DNA of 64,000 bases from Calditrichia bacterium. GTDB lineage: Bacteria > Calditrichota > Calditrichia > JAJRVZ01. Below are positions 9,646-23,373 of this stretch, piece by piece. The notes under the pieces are model-generated. The model did no database searches, was not told where the DNA came from, and saw nothing but the letters and a program-made list of their open reading frames with translations. Positions within the stretch are counted from its first letter, which is position 1, and each line of letters opens with the position of its first letter. A program made the translations under genes and the position numbers. The DNA lies in assembly GCA_963796965.1 (NCBI GenBank), contig CAWCNS010000005.1, positions 640,001-704,000 of the forward strand. The letters run 5' to 3'.

Positions 9646-12068
9646 TTATATTTCCAAATTGTTATCGAACCAATAAGATTGATCCTTCTCTGTCTCAATC
9701 TCTATCACTTTTTCCCCATACCTGATTTTGCACGTATTTCCTATTTTTGACAGCAAATTCATTCCTACTAACAATCCGTTTTTCCAGTACATATCCACCA
9801 CAAAACCTCCACGGGCACATAATCCTTCCACTGATCCTTCGGCCCAGGCCTGAGGCAATCCAGGCAGTAGATGGATCTCTCCAGCATGACTCTGTATCAG
9901 CATTTCGGCTATACCCGCCGTAACACCAAAATTGGCGTCCATTTGAAAAGGGGGATGTTGGGTGAAAAGATTCGGACTAATATTTTTCGATAGAACAACA
10001 TCGAGACTTCTTTTGGCTTTCTCAGTCTCACCCAACCGCGCATACTGGCTAATCAGCCAGGCAGCACTCCAGCCAGTATGTCCGCCGCCATGTTCTATTC
10101 GATAATCCAAAGATTTTTTCGCTGCTTGACTAATTTTGGCGTCTGGGTCGCATTTATTTGATAACCCGGATGAAGGGCAAATAAGTGAGAGATATGTCGA
10201 TGTCCGGGTTCAACCTCTGGAAATTCTTCGGCCCATTCCATTAACCTTCCATCAGAACCGATCTTATTTCCGGCGAGATTTTTCTGAGCGGATAAAACAT
10301 CCTGCACATAACCATCAGTAACTCCTAATTCATTTGATGCTATAATAAAATCATTGAAAAGAACCCAGATAACCTGCTGGTCATGGGCGGGGCCCATACT
10401 GATTTGGCTACTGCTCCCATCGGGGGCTATAAATGAATTTTCCGGTGATACTGCCGGTCCGGAAACCAAATTACCCGTTTGCGGATGTTCAACAAGCCAA
10501 TCCATATAAAATTCAACTGAACCCTTTAGTACCGGATACATTCTTTTAAGAAAATTCCTGTCACCATTAAAACGATAATGCTCCAGAATATGAGATGAGA
10601 TCCATGCACCGGCTCCGGTATGCATACCCCAAGAAGCCCTTTCTCCTGGTGCTGTATACCCCCAGACATTGGTAATTGGATGAACCACCCAACCCTTTGC
10701 TTTGTAGTGAACTTTAGCAGTTTCAGTTCCTGGTTCGACTAAGGACGCAATTAATTCAAATAATGGCAGATGTATCTCTGAAAGATTTGTCACCTCTGCC
10801 GGCCAGTAATTCATTTCAACATTCACATCCGTATGGTAATCACTATTCCAGGGCGTTTGAACTTTATTGGCCCACACGCCCTGTAGATTTGCCGGCAAGG
10901 ATCCCGGTCTTGAAGACGAGATTAACAAGTAGCGTCCGTATTGGAAGACCAATTCAACAAGATGAGGATCAGGATTCCCTCCCCTGAATGACCGGATACG
11001 ATCATCTGTAGGAACAGTCTGCAATTTACCCGGTGTAATATCAAAGTTCACCCTGCTATAATACTTCTGAAACTCTTTTTTATGTGCCTCAAATAATTCT
11101 GTATAAGGTGTATTTGAAGCAACCTGAAGATTGGTATTTGAAAGGCTGATATAATCTCTGCCTTTATAATCAGGATATTTAAGCATATAATCGGTACTCG
11201 CCGATAACAGAAGCACCACCTCATCGCCATCCTCAATAACTAATGATGAATCCGTATACGAGACGCGTCCATTTGAATGGACAGCCGTCAATCTTGAGAT
11301 ATAATGAAGTCCATCACCGCCTTTGCCGTCATGCAGGCTACCCTTCATAATTAGTTGATTATTTTCTGTGTAAGTACGATATCTTTCCGGTCGGTTCATT
11401 TTGCACGTAAATGAAATTTGACCGGGTTTATCTGCTGAAAATTTCGCTACCATTACCTGGTGGGGCTGACTGGTAAATATTTCCCGCTGAAAATTCACAC
11501 CTTCCTGTGAATACTTAACCCTGACCACTGCATCATCCAGGTCGAGTTCTCGCAAATAATTTGTATAGTTTTTATCATCCTCAAAGTCTATCCATAGATC
11601 ACCCAATGTTTGATAACAGCCAAAGGGTACATTTGCACCGTTCCCCTGACCTGAGCCTTTGCCTTTACATACTTGCGTTTTATTGGTCAGAATAGTTGCC
11701 TCTCTATAGTTTCCTGCAAACAACAGATTGCGAATCCTATTTAAGGAAGAGTATGCATGGGGATTAACATTATCATCCGGACTACCAGACCACAGGGTTT
11801 CTTCATTTAACTGGATTCTTTCCTTATTAACATCACCAAAAACCATCGCTCCTAGAGATCCATTGCCAAGCGGTAAGGCTTTTAGCCATTCCGGATCGTC
11901 TTTCCAGGCATTATTATTATCTGCAATCTGTGCATCCGCCGGATGGTCATACCACAGCCTAAGGTTTTTCTCAGGGAGATTTTCTGTACAACCGTATAAG
12001 AATGAGCAGAGAAGGATCCAAACCAATGCAGAAAATAGTCTTACGATTAATTTTTTGAGAGATGTCAT
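9646..12068 (-). CDS. GH95 alpha-L-fucosidase (one frameshift near 10126)
   Basis: ALPLGNGSLGAMVFG, QYGRYLLISSSR, ANLQGVW, HRHISHL, TGWSAAW and PPFQMDANFG motifs across the two adjacent ORFs. Confidence 0.9.
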
Positions 12069-12320
12069 AATAGTTGCCTTAGATTATTTATATATTATCA
12101 GAATTTTATTTGGACAGGATAACAGGACATACAGGATTAAAAAACTTTTAAATTAAAAATAATTTCATGCTCTTCTGCCCTGGGCATCCCCTTGGGAGTA
12201 TATTCTTTGCGGACCTTCGTGATATTCTTTAATAATACGATTATCCACGAGGAAGACACAAAGTCCACAAAGGAAGCACTCATATGGGAATAACAATGAT
12301 AGAGTGAAAAGAAATTTCCC

Positions 12321-12353
12321 AGATGTAGTCCATCTTTAAGATGGACTACATCT
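12321..12353. repeat. Perfect palindrome overlapping the GH29 stop codon
   Basis: AGATGTAGTCCATCTT-T-AAGATGGACTACATCT; related hairpin at 48362-48394. Confidence 0.8.
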
Positions 12354-13410
12354 CTGGAAGGCGATGCCCCGATCGTATCCAATCACCAACCTGCTTTAGG
12401 GTTCTTACATCGATATCACGAATCTTTCCCTCATAATTCGGACCAATATTGATTGAAAATATATTTCCGTACGTCACCGCACCTAGATAATCTTTATAAA
12501 TCTTTTCTGGTGAGTGGCAGAGGCCATCATGTTTAGGTAAGGAATAGAACCAATCTGCCCCACCCTGGTGTTTTGGTAATATGGGATATGTAAACTCTGC
12601 TGCCAGATAGCCTTTAAAGTTTTCTTCTCCTTTTGCATTATATTTGGAAACATTCGTATCACCTATGAGACCAGGCTTTCCTCGTTCCCTCAAGCTAAGT
12701 CGGCCGGCAGGTTCACCATGGTTGAAGCCAACAAAACAATTGGGTTGTAATTTATTTACCCACTCTGCTGTGGCCGTATGAGAAAGTCCACCATCGCTTT
12801 GTGCATGATCCATCCAGAAAAATTCGAGGGGGCCATATTTGGTGCACAATTCTTTTAGTTGTTGCTTTTTTAGCACACTATCTTGCCCCGTCCTCCATAT
12901 GGGATCTCCCCATTTAGGTTGTCCCGGAATTCTTCCATCTTGTGGGATTTCTCCCTTGATCCATGTCCAGTCCCCTTCTGAGAAGTACAGAGCCAGTTTT
13001 ATTCCATACTTATCACAGGATTTGCGCAATTTTGCCAATACATCAACACCGAGGGGACTATTTGTTACCTTAAAATCGGTTGTCTCTGTATCCCATAAAC
13101 AAAAGCCATCATGATGTTTGGTCAGAAACAAAATGTAATTCATGCCAGCTTCTTTGGCGACGCGGCACCATTGATCGGTATCGCATCCAGTGGCCCTGAA
13201 ATAGTTTACATCACTAATGCCGCGCGTCCATTCGTAACCAGAGAAGGTGCTGAACGACCAGCAGATAAACATGCCGAACTCCATTTCTTTGATTTGTTCT
13301 GCGCGGATATAATCGTCAATCCTTGCATTTTTTTCTCCCGGATTTTGACCCTGACAGCCAATTATCACGGGAATAATTAAAGTTATTAAACTGATTAAGA
13401 TGTTTTTCAT
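12346..13410 (-). CDS. GH29 alpha-L-fucosidase, lipoprotein
   Basis: FGMFICW, LTKHHDGFCLW and FFWMD motifs; lipobox IIGC. Confidence 0.85.
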   Translation of the reverse strand: MKNILISLITLIIPVIIGCQGQNPGEKNARIDDYIRAEQIKEMEFGMFICWSFSTFSGYEWTRGISDVNYFRATGCDTDQWCRVAKEAGMNYILFLTKHHDGFCLWDTETTDFKVTNSPLGVDVLAKLRKSCDKYGIKLALYFSEGDWTWIKGEIPQDGRIPGQPKWGDPIWRTGQDSVLKKQQLKELCTKYGPLEFFWMDHAQSDGGLSHTATAEWVNKLQPNCFVGFNHGEPAGRLSLRERGKPGLIGDTNVSKYNAKGEENFKGYLAAEFTYPILPKHQGGADWFYSLPKHDGLCHSPEKIYKDYLGAVTYGNIFSINIGPNYEGKIRDIDVRTLKQVGDWIRSGHRLPEM

Positions 13411-13629
13411 AATTTTAACCTTTGTTATCTGTCATCCGTTGAGGTGAACTCCCATTATATCCTAAAAATGGAAATCGGCATTTCCAAAATATGCCTGGTC
13501 ATATAGATTAATTTTCCTTTTTGTCATCCCGTTCCGGGACTGAATGACAAGAATCGGATTAGACCTTCATTATATTCGTGGTTAAAAACCGCAGTTTCAT
13601 ATCCTATACTGGTATCAATAAGATCCAAA

Positions 13630-15039
13630 TTAAACATCTTCAATTTTAATTATCCAGGCATAATCTCCCGGCGGATTATCACAGATTGAATCAGGAATCT
13701 CAACTACCATTTCATGCTTTTGCATTTTCCACTTCAAGATTTGTTCTCTGCCCAGCAATGTGATTTGTGAAGATTCTCCAGGCTTATTTAATTTTAGGTT
13801 TATTTTTGAGGGTGGTCTCTTTTCATTCTCATTTGCCAAATAAATAGCATACATGGATCGACTGTTTTTATTCTGAGTATAACAAACCTTTCCTTTTTTG
13901 TAGGGTGCAAGTGGCTGTGACCCATAAATGGCTTCTCCATTAATATCCATCCAACACCCTATTTCTTCCAGACGTTTATAGGCCTCTTTCTCCCAAAGTC
14001 CCTCAGGCGTTGGACCAATATTCAATAGAAAATTTCCACCCTTGGCGACCACATCCACCAGGGTATGGATCAATTGCCGTGCACTCTTGTATTCCGGTTC
14101 AAAATTATGCCCCCAACTTTGAGTCATGGTCATACAGGTTTCCCAGGGAAAGGGTAATACCTCATCCGGAACCTCTTGCTCAGGCGTCCTGTAATTTTCA
14201 TAGGGGCCGTGAACTGTTCTGTCTACGACAATTAAACCCGGTTGATGCCGTCTGGCCATATTAATTATTCTGGGCATATTTATATCCTGCTCCCATTCCG
14301 GAATATTATACCCCCAGGAACGCACCTCATCCGTAATCGTCGAATTAGGACGAACCCAGCCGCCGTCAAGCCAAAGAATATCCATATTGCCATATCCGGT
14401 CATCAACTCTTCAATTTGGTTATAGGTAAAATCACGGAACGTCTGCCATCGTTGTGGATATTTTCTCACATCATAATTATTGCAGCGGTTGGGTGTAGCC
14501 AGTAACGGTGACCAATAAGCAGGGTGATGCCAATCAGGTTTGGAAAAATAGACACCTGTCATAAATCCCTTATCGTGAAAAGCATTAAAAACTTCCTTGG
14601 CAATATTTGCTTTGGGATGCATTGAAAAGGGACATTTCTCTCCAGTTATCTTAAAATCCGATTGTTTTGTATCGAACATATTGAAACCATCATGATGTTT
14701 GGTAGAAAATATCAGATATTTCATTCCGGCATTTAAAGCAGCCTCCGCCCAGGGTTGGGGATCAAATTTTTGCGGGTTGAACTTTTTGATGAGATTAAAA
14801 TACATCTCTTTATATTCCGTATAGGGCATCCCTCCTCTATCCTGGAATGGCTGATCTTCTGAACAGAGTCCCCAGGATTCAACAATACCCAATTGGGCAT
14901 AGAGCCCCCAGTGCATCATCAATCCAAATTTCAAATCCTGCCAGTGCTCAAGTTTCTTACGTACCAGGGGATCATCAGGATATTCATAATTCGTTTTTTG
15001 AAAGGGGTGCTCCTGACCCTTTAAATCTTTTGAGTTCAT
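13630..15039 (-). CDS. GH29 alpha-L-fucosidase (no obvious signal peptide)
   Basis: KFGLMMHWG, STKHHDGF, LWLDGG and GGNFLLNIGP motifs. Confidence 0.92.
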   Translation of the reverse strand: MNSKDLKGQEHPFQKTNYEYPDDPLVRKKLEHWQDLKFGLMMHWGLYAQLGIVESWGLCSEDQPFQDRGGMPYTEYKEMYFNLIKKFNPQKFDPQPWAEAALNAGMKYLIFSTKHHDGFNMFDTKQSDFKITGEKCPFSMHPKANIAKEVFNAFHDKGFMTGVYFSKPDWHHPAYWSPLLATPNRCNNYDVRKYPQRWQTFRDFTYNQIEELMTGYGNMDILWLDGGWVRPNSTITDEVRSWGYNIPEWEQDINMPRIINMARRHQPGLIVVDRTVHGPYENYRTPEQEVPDEVLPFPWETCMTMTQSWGHNFEPEYKSARQLIHTLVDVVAKGGNFLLNIGPTPEGLWEKEAYKRLEEIGCWMDINGEAIYGSQPLAPYKKGKVCYTQNKNSRSMYAIYLANENEKRPPSKINLKLNKPGESSQITLLGREQILKWKMQKHEMVVEIPDSICDNPPGDYAWIIKIEDV

Positions 15040-15198
15040 AACTATAATTGAATCCTTATTAATTCGTAGTTGCAGACCACAAAGACTTAGTCCAACGAAT
15101 TATACACAGATAAACTCGACAGTCAATAAATTTGACGAATAAATTGAAATAAATTGCTCTTATTTTGATTAGTGAAATTCGTAGTAATTCGTGGATAT

Positions 15199-16537
15199 CT
15201 AATTACTCTCTATCTCGTTCCCCTTCTCCCGATAGAGATCCACCGGACCTTTAAGGAGGACAGCCAGCACTGTAGCCTGCTCATCCAATACTTTCTCTGG
15301 TACATCGATATATACAACCCCGGGTACCGTACTCCAGAATAGTTTCATTTTTATATCCCAGGAGAGTTTGGTTCCGTTACCCACAACCCAAATTCGGTTG
15401 ATTTCATTTTTCAATCCTTTAATAACAATCGGTCCATTAGGTTTATGGGGGAGATATAGATATAAGATGTCCTTATTTTTAGAAAGAGCGGTCGGTCCAT
15501 AATAATGGCCATGGGGAATACCTGCCCGTGTTCCATAGATAGCCTCCTCATGTTTAGTGGACCAACGGCCGAGCTCATTGAGGATTTGAACCTGTTCTTC
15601 CGGAATTGAGCCGTCAGCCTTTGGACCTATATCAAGAAGCATATTACCCCCCATACTAATACAATCGACAAAAATTCGGATGATCTGATTTGCTGACTTG
15701 TAATTATGGTCGTTATGTTGGTAGCCCCAGGAATCATTCATGGTCATACATAATTCCCACCACTTGCCTTCGGGTTTGGTGACTGGCAGACCTTGTTCCG
15801 GAGTGGCATAATCCCCATAACCTTGAAGACGGGAATTGATAATAACGTTCGGATTATTATCCAGCAGAAGTTCCCGGATTTCCTTTGCTTGCCATCTTTC
15901 AGCACTCTGTTCCCAATCACCATCAAACCATACCAAATCAGGGTTGTATTCTTCAGATAGTTCTTCAATCTGCCCTAAGTTAAACACAGTAAAACGTTCA
16001 AACCGCAATGAATCACTTTCGTAACGTTTCTGATCCCGCAGAAAATTTGGATAGTCCGGATGGGACCAGTCCAATAGGGAATAATATAACCCAACTTTCA
16101 GATCATTATCACGTAAAGCCTGGCAATAGGGTCCTACCAGATCTCGCTTGGCGGATGTTTTATTAACCACATTAAGATCAGACTGTTCCGTGTTCCATAA
16201 CGCAACACCATCATGATGTTTTGCTGTCAAAACGGCATATTTAGCACCGCTAGCCTTGATTAATTTTGCCCAGTATTGGGGATCATAATTTTTAGACTGT
16301 AAATCCATTCAATTGCCCCATATAGTCATCATACGTGATATAGCCATTGTGGAAGGACCATGACTCATCGATACCATTGACAGCATATATGCCCCAATGA
16401 ATAAAAATACCCAACTTGGCATCTTTAAACCATTGCATACGCTCTGCCTTGTGCTCGACAGATTCTTCGCTCTGTGCAAGAAGGCCCAGTGTTCCAATAA
16501 ATAAAAGTCCCATAATAACGATAATTATTCTTCTCAT
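15199..16537 (-). CDS. GH29 alpha-L-fucosidase (one frameshift near 16297)
   Basis: WFKDAKLGIFIHWG in the upstream ORF; TAKHHDG, WFDG and GGNMLLDIGP downstream; removing one base gives GFTAKNYDPQYW. Confidence 0.88.
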
Positions 16538-16785
16538 ATTTACCCTTTCCGACAAAGCATTTTTGATTCTAGTTCACTGTCATTCCGTCCCGGAACGGGA
16601 TCCCTTTGGATAGGAATCTTCCCAGATGTTGCATTTTTGGTTTCATGTGGAAAGATCCTTTCAGGATGACAATCACAATTTTAACAATTAAAACCATCAC
16701 ATTTAATATTGAACAATTTAACCATTGCCAATACATATTCACGCTTCCCATTGATTATCACACTTGATGGGAATAGATTTATGAT

Positions 16786-19042
16786 TCAATTTGGTTGGAG
16801 TGAGAGCCTTTCTCCTATAGATGTTGATATCACCAGTCGCCTTCCTTCTAAAATTTCTTCAACTCCTCCACTACGTTGAAGAACAACCGGCTTTCCTATC
16901 CATGGATTTACAACAGTACACTTTCTCCCCTTTTCACTATAAATTCTGATATGCGATATATGCCCATTTTTAAGATCACTGGAAACCAAAAAGGCACCTG
17001 GAATCCGGAGATTGGTGAAACTGGCGTCCTTTTTCCGTGGCCAGACGGGAAAAACTCTTAATACATTTTGATGTCCCATACAAAGCATTTCATTTATTGT
17101 ATTTGGAACCGTACTGCAATTCTCAATCCCATGGGGATTATTTTTTTGAAAGCCATTGGGATATGTATTTTGTACTAATTCGGACAGGTGCATTAATATA
17201 GTCTTGGGATCGTAGCCAACCCGAACGGCAGCGGGGTAGAAACTATTGGTTCCATTATAATCCAACCAGCGATCCATAATCTCAATGGTATTTCTTGAGA
17301 TCTCCAACACCTGCGGATCGCTGTCTAATCCAATCTGGCCAGCAGGATAAATATGCTGTATTCCTAAGGTATTATCATTCCACCAGGATGTACCTTCCTC
17401 TGAATAGCGAAAGACCTGTTCCCCATCTTTGATTTGGAGGGGATAAGGAGGCATTTTTTTTAGAATATTTCCCCATTCTTCGATCTTATTAAGATTCTGC
17501 TCAAGATACACACTCATATCAATGGCTGTTTGTAAAACCATACGGAACCAATCCTAATGATAAAATCGGATTCTTTGTTCCATAGGTCCCCTCATGAATA
17601 GCATCATTATAGATATTATACTGTCCATTTTCAAGAACAAGATACTTTTCCCAAAATTTTACAACATCGATTACAAATGGATAGACCCGTCGGGTGAATG
17701 CTGCATCATACGTATGATAAAAATGAGCAGAAATATTTGTAACACAATAAGCAGCATTACTTTTCTGGCCCCAAAACATCCCTTCATCTTCATAGGCATC
17801 AAGATGAGATTTGCGTTTTTCGGCAGGAGATTTGCGCGTTGTTTCGATGCCTTTTGGTCCGATTCCTACCGGATACAAAACCCCTTGTATTCCACATACT
17901 TTTTGGGCATAATATTGACCCCTGGTGTGGAAATCAAGAATTGGTGCAATATAGGGCAACGCTTGCTCAATACGGTTAGAACTGTATAAGGAATAAAACG
18001 GCGCCATATGATTATAGTTAAGATGATAATCTCCGCTCCACCAGGGCTTGTTTACACTAACCCAGGGTCCAAAAAGGGAAGGTGGAAATTCAGGGTCCCT
18101 GGAAGAACTACCCATCGTGTACAGGGATAAGTAATAATATTTTTCAAGAAGCGTGTCATTTAAACTCACATAACTTTTTGCCCAAAAGTTTTGCCACCAG
18201 TCCCGATGTGCATATACAATTTCATCCAGATCAGCCAGATCGACAAGGTTAATTGCATCTTCAATATAATTCTTATTCTTAAACAAACTTGCCATCCCCA
18301 GATAGAGTTGAATCTTCTCCCCCGGTTCTATCCTGAATTCCCCTCCATTAGTCGTCGACATATTTAATGCCAGGGCAACAGCACTGGGAATTTCAACATT
18401 TTTTTCAAATTTTCGTACCATCCATAAGATACCTTTTGACCTGCCCTGGAGGGAGTCTGACTGGCCTCCCTGGATGCTATGCAGGGAAATTCTTCCCGTT
18501 GTTGCTTTTTTTTCTGCTTCTATCTCAACTATAAAGAGATTTGTCGTTGCGGCTACAAAACATTTTATTTTTAAATTTTTATCGTCTTTATCTAATATGA
18601 TTTTTGTTGTCGCATCGTATAGATTTTGTGTTGCACGATAATCTCCCATTTTAAAATCCGGAAATTCAATATCAAGATGGCCGATTCCGCTAAAATATCC
18701 CCTATCGTGCTCAGATTTGAAGCGCCAGAAATCATTCTTGCTCAACCAAAAGCTAATCTTTTCCGGATCACCACCAATGGCCACTGCCATATCACCATTA
18801 CCTAATAAAGGTGCGTCCACAGAGTATGGCATGGGAATTTTTTGAGGAGGGGTATCAAATATTATTTCATATTTTGAAACAATATTTTTTGATTTTTCTA
18901 TATGGGGATTGTTTTTTGTCTGGCAGGAGAATATATGACTCTGAATAAATATGATTAATACTAAAATGGTTTTTGAAAGCAAGTAAAAATATTTAAAAAT
19001 GATCATCATTTTTCTCTTTTCCATTATCGAGAGAGTTTCCAA
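16786..19042 (-). CDS. GH95-like glycoside hydrolase (one frameshift near 17545)
   Basis: DAPLLGNGD, WSGDYHLNYN, HGIENCS..INEML and FTNLRIPGAFLVS motifs; removing one C gives LGLVRMVLQTAI. Confidence 0.7.
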
Positions 19043-19127
19043 TCAATATTAATGAAGCCAACAGATATATCAGATTTATGGCAATCATAGATTTTCCATT
19101 TAGTATTCATACGTTTGAAAAATAGCT

Positions 19128-19284
19128 TTTCACACAGCGATACTACGACGCGAAGAGAAACAATACAAAATAAATAACACAAAAGAAAAAATAGTAGTTA
19201 AACTACTATCATTATGGTAGAAAAATATTTTTTATCTTGTATTTTGTATTAAAAATCGCTGCGCCGTTGCGTCGCTGCGTGAAA
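19128..19284. repeat. CGCAGCGA-family inverted repeat unit (degenerate left arm)
   Basis: TTTCACACAGCGA / TCGCTGCGTGAAA, 12/13 IR; right arm resembles 7683-7707. Confidence 0.75.
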
Positions 19285-19322
19285 TGCAAATATGGTAATA
19301 AGTAAAACTTATAAAACTACCT

Positions 19323-20799
19323 TTATCTGGAATAATGCGGATTTACTGTCGGCATTTGAGCATCTACCTCTTGTTGCCAGGCATGAAGTTTCTTATGTAA
19401 ATCTACAACTTTGTCCGGCATTTCAGTAGCAAGATTGTTCATCTCTCCAATATCTTCTTTTAAATTATAGAGTTCTACATGATCATCTTCAAAGAACTCA
19501 ATAAGTTTAAAATCACCCTCTCTAATAGCCGAGCCCGGACTTCCCCCCTGATTGCCATAATGGGGATAATGCCAGAATATGGCCTCTCTTTCCAAGCCTG
19601 TTTTGCCCTTCAAAAGAGGTACTAATGAGACACCATCCCTATGCTGTTTTGGATTCCCGGAAAAACCTGCCATTTCTAATATCGTCGGATAGAAATCCGT
19701 GCTGGTAACCGGCACCGCACAGATATTTCCCTCGTTAGATGCACCGGACCATTTGATGATCATCGGTTCGCGAATACCTCCTTCGTATAACCAGCCTTTT
19801 CCGGCTCGAAGCGGCAAATTGCTGGTGGGATGTCCTTCAGAAGTTGAGAGTCCGCCATTATCTGACATAAATATGACCACTGTGTTTTTATCAAGCCTTA
19901 AATCTCGTAGTTTTTTCAGGACCTTTCCAACAGCCATATCCATTGCCTCTACCATTCCTGCATAGACAGCATGGTCCTGAACAAGACGCCATTTCCGATC
20001 TCCTTCCTGCCCCCATTTAGGTCCATTGACAACCTGCTTTTGTGCTTTGGCCTCATACTTTATCTGCAGATCCTCACGTGAAATTAATGGGGTATGGACA
20101 GAATAAAAGGAGAGATAGGCGAAGAAGGGTTGTTCCTGGTTTTCTTCGATAAACTGACAGGTTTCACTTGCCAAGCGGTCAGGAAGATGCTCGCCTTCGG
20201 GACCATCAGATAATCTCGGATTGCCGTAAGGCGAAAAATACCTCTTTCCGCCATAGGGCCCCCCCCTCTCCCAACCACCCTTATTTACATCAAAGCCCTG
20301 ATCTTCCGGATAATATCCTTCGTGCCCCAAATGCCATTTACCGGCAAAAAAGGTAGCATAGCCATTATTGTTTCAGTTTTTCGGCAATGGTTTCTTCTTC
20401 CAGAGGCAGGTGTTCAATATACGATGCAGGTAGAAAGCGTTTATTTTTTGTCCAATGTTTTGCCGCCGTTTCTGGTTGGGGTGCCCCGAACCAGTCAGTG
20501 GTATTCATTCGAGCCGGATATTTCCCACTCATGATACTGGCCCGTGTTGGGCTGCACACAGGACATGCCGCGTAGGCATCGGTAAACCGCATACCCTCAA
20601 CTGCTAACTGGTCAATATTTGGCGTTTCATAGAAACTACTTCCAAAGACACCCACATCAGTCCATCCCAGATCATCTACCAAGATGAAGACGAAATTTGG
20701 TTTTTCTTTTTCGATGCAGGACATCATAATCAGCGTAATAAAAAAAATAGAAAATATCAACTGAATAGATCTGAAATCTTGTTTTATCATGGAAACCAT
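19323..20799 (-). CDS. Sulfatase (S1, Cys-type), lipoprotein (one frameshift near 20368)
   Basis: [31 protein letters not shown] and LYEGGIREP motifs. Confidence 0.9.
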
Positions 20800-21107
20800 C
20801 GATGCCTCTCGTTACGATTTGATCTCAAATTATATAATTTTAAAAGAACTGGACAGGATAACAGGATTTAGAGGATCTTTTGAAATAATTTCTTCTAAAC
20901 GAGAATATTATAATTTTTAGTTGCTCTTTATGTCTTTACAGGCCGAAATACCGATCTCCAATCGGGAGAATGACGAGAAGGTCATCCTGAATTTATTTCA
21001 GGATCTCTCTGATAAATACAACCCTGTTATCCTGTCTAAAGAAAACATTTACATTAATCTGAAACTGATTTCACCAGATATCTTCATTCGATTAACTATT
21101 ATTCACT

Positions 21108-22932
21108 TTATAGATTTAGCCCCTCAATCTTAAATGTCCAGGCGTATAAACCAGGTAATTCATTCAAATACATATCGCTCAAGTCAACACGAACCTTCCC
21201 ATCTTCATGTTTATAGGAAAAATATCCTTCCCTGCCCAGCATGGAAATGTTCACATCCGCTCCAGATAAATCTACAGGCAAAATCAATTCACGTCCCGGC
21301 CAATCAAGAATAGTGACATATAAATTTCCCTGGTTTTGTGTATAGCAAATATATTGAGTTTTGGAGCGGTAGATTCCCTTAAGACCATTCTTCGCAGCCC
21401 TATCTTGGGATGTAAAGAATGCTGATTCGGGAACGACTTGTTTTTCCTGGCTCTTCGATGACCAGAACAATCTAATAGAAGCGTTCTGTTTACTTTCAAA
21501 ATAGTCGATTTTTATGGTGTGCTTATTACCTGACCTGAGTTGTATTTTACCTTCTTCCCGGGTCTTTGCTTCATTCATCATCACATTTCCATCGGCACTC
21601 TCTTCTGACTTTTTCCATTTATCAATGATTAGTTTTCCATCTATCCATAACCGCATACCATCATCGGCTTGTGCTTCAAAGAAATATTCCTCCGAATATT
21701 CCGGCTTGAATAAATCCTGTCCAGGTAGCGGTGAAATTATCTTCGATAATCGGCTTACCCGGTGTATTTCTAACCCAGTTAAAATTGATCTGCGGATCAA
21801 CACGTTCCAATATGACATCTTTTTCCTCTCCGGCACGTTCCCACATGGTTGATCCGTAAATAGCCTCACCATTGATAGCCAGCCATTCTCCCAGCTGAAC
21901 CAATCGTTCCTGCTGCAGTAAGGGAATCTGACCGTCCGCCTTCGGACCTACATTGATCGTAATGCCCCCTCCATGGGAAACAGCTTTTGCAAAAAAATGT
22001 ATCAAAGCCTCCGGCGTCATATAGGCTTCTAACTTTTCATTTCGATTTAGACCAAAACTTCTCCCCAAACCACGGACTTCCGCCCAGGGGCGGTCGGACA
22101 TTTTCAGACCGGAACTATACTCGGGGGTCCGGTAACCAATATTACTCCCCCCTCCCCAGCGATCATTTACGATAGCCTCATCCCCGACAAGATTATAATA
22201 CCAGGATAACAGTTCAGCAGCATGAAAATCATCAGCCTTGTTAAACCATTCTCCATCTGAAAATATGAGCGAGGGTTTATAGGTACCAATCAATTCTTTG
22301 AACTGCGGGATCATATGCTTTTCTACATACGGTCCGATATTTTCATTCGGATCCGTGTACCAACGATGAAGGGGATGATTCCATTCTGTAAGGGAATAAT
22401 ACAATCCCATTTTAAGGCCGGCAGCACGGGTTGCGTCTGATAATTCACCCACAATATCCTTTTTGGGTCCCACATCAACACTATTCCAACCCGACGCATA
22501 TTTACTGGGCCATAAACAATAACCATCATGATGCTTGGCAACAAAGATAATATAGCGGGCACCGCTCCGTTTAAATAGGTTTGCCCATTCCTCAGCATCA
22601 AACAATTCGGCTTTAAAAAGAGGGGCATAATCACGGTAGGTAAAATCCTCGCCATAAACCCGTTTCTGAAAATTTGTTCTGCGCGGATCACCCACTTGAA
22701 GCCCTCTTAGGAACCATTCGTTGTAGGATTCCTTCCCCCCATAGGCCGGAACCGAGGAGACCCCCCAGTGAATAAAGATACCCAACTTGGCATCTTTGAA
22801 CCATTGCGGATAGGGGCGGGTACGTAACTCTTCCCAATTGGCAGTCCATATTTTGGATGATTTCCCATCCTGGGCAAGCAGAGAGAAGGATAAAGTTAGA
22901 ATTATGACGCTAACAAGAAATCTGATATACAT
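21108..22932 (-). CDS. GH29 alpha-L-fucosidase with inserted PA14 domain (one frameshift near 21708)
   Basis: AKLGIFIHWG, AKHHDGY and FSDGEW motifs; PA14 motifs RVDPQINFNW, NFTATWTGFI and ADDGMRLWIDG. Confidence 0.85.
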
Positions 22933-23373
22933 TTTATACTCCCGAGAATTTATAGTAATTTTTTATTTTCACGCAAAGACGCAAAGTCATTAAAAAACAA
23001 GTCCACAAATTTCACTGATTAGGATAAATTACATGATTATCTCACGCAGCGACGCCACGCCGCAACGAAAATAACAACATTTTTTTATGCGTAAAAGCAT
23101 CTGATAATATTTTACACTTTTTTGCTTGATCACTAAATATTGAATATTGATTATTGAATATTCATTTTACCACTTACTCTTGAGCCGACATGCGCTGGCA
23201 GGAACATCCCGTAGAACGGAAACTTCGACATAGTCTGTCCCTACTTGATCATTGAATGCTGATTATTGTATATTGAATATTTTTGTCCACTGCCACGCGA
23301 CTCTCCACACTTTACGCTCCTCTCTCAACTGTCTTCTGTCTTCTCTTTTCGCTCTTCTTTCTACGCTTTACAG

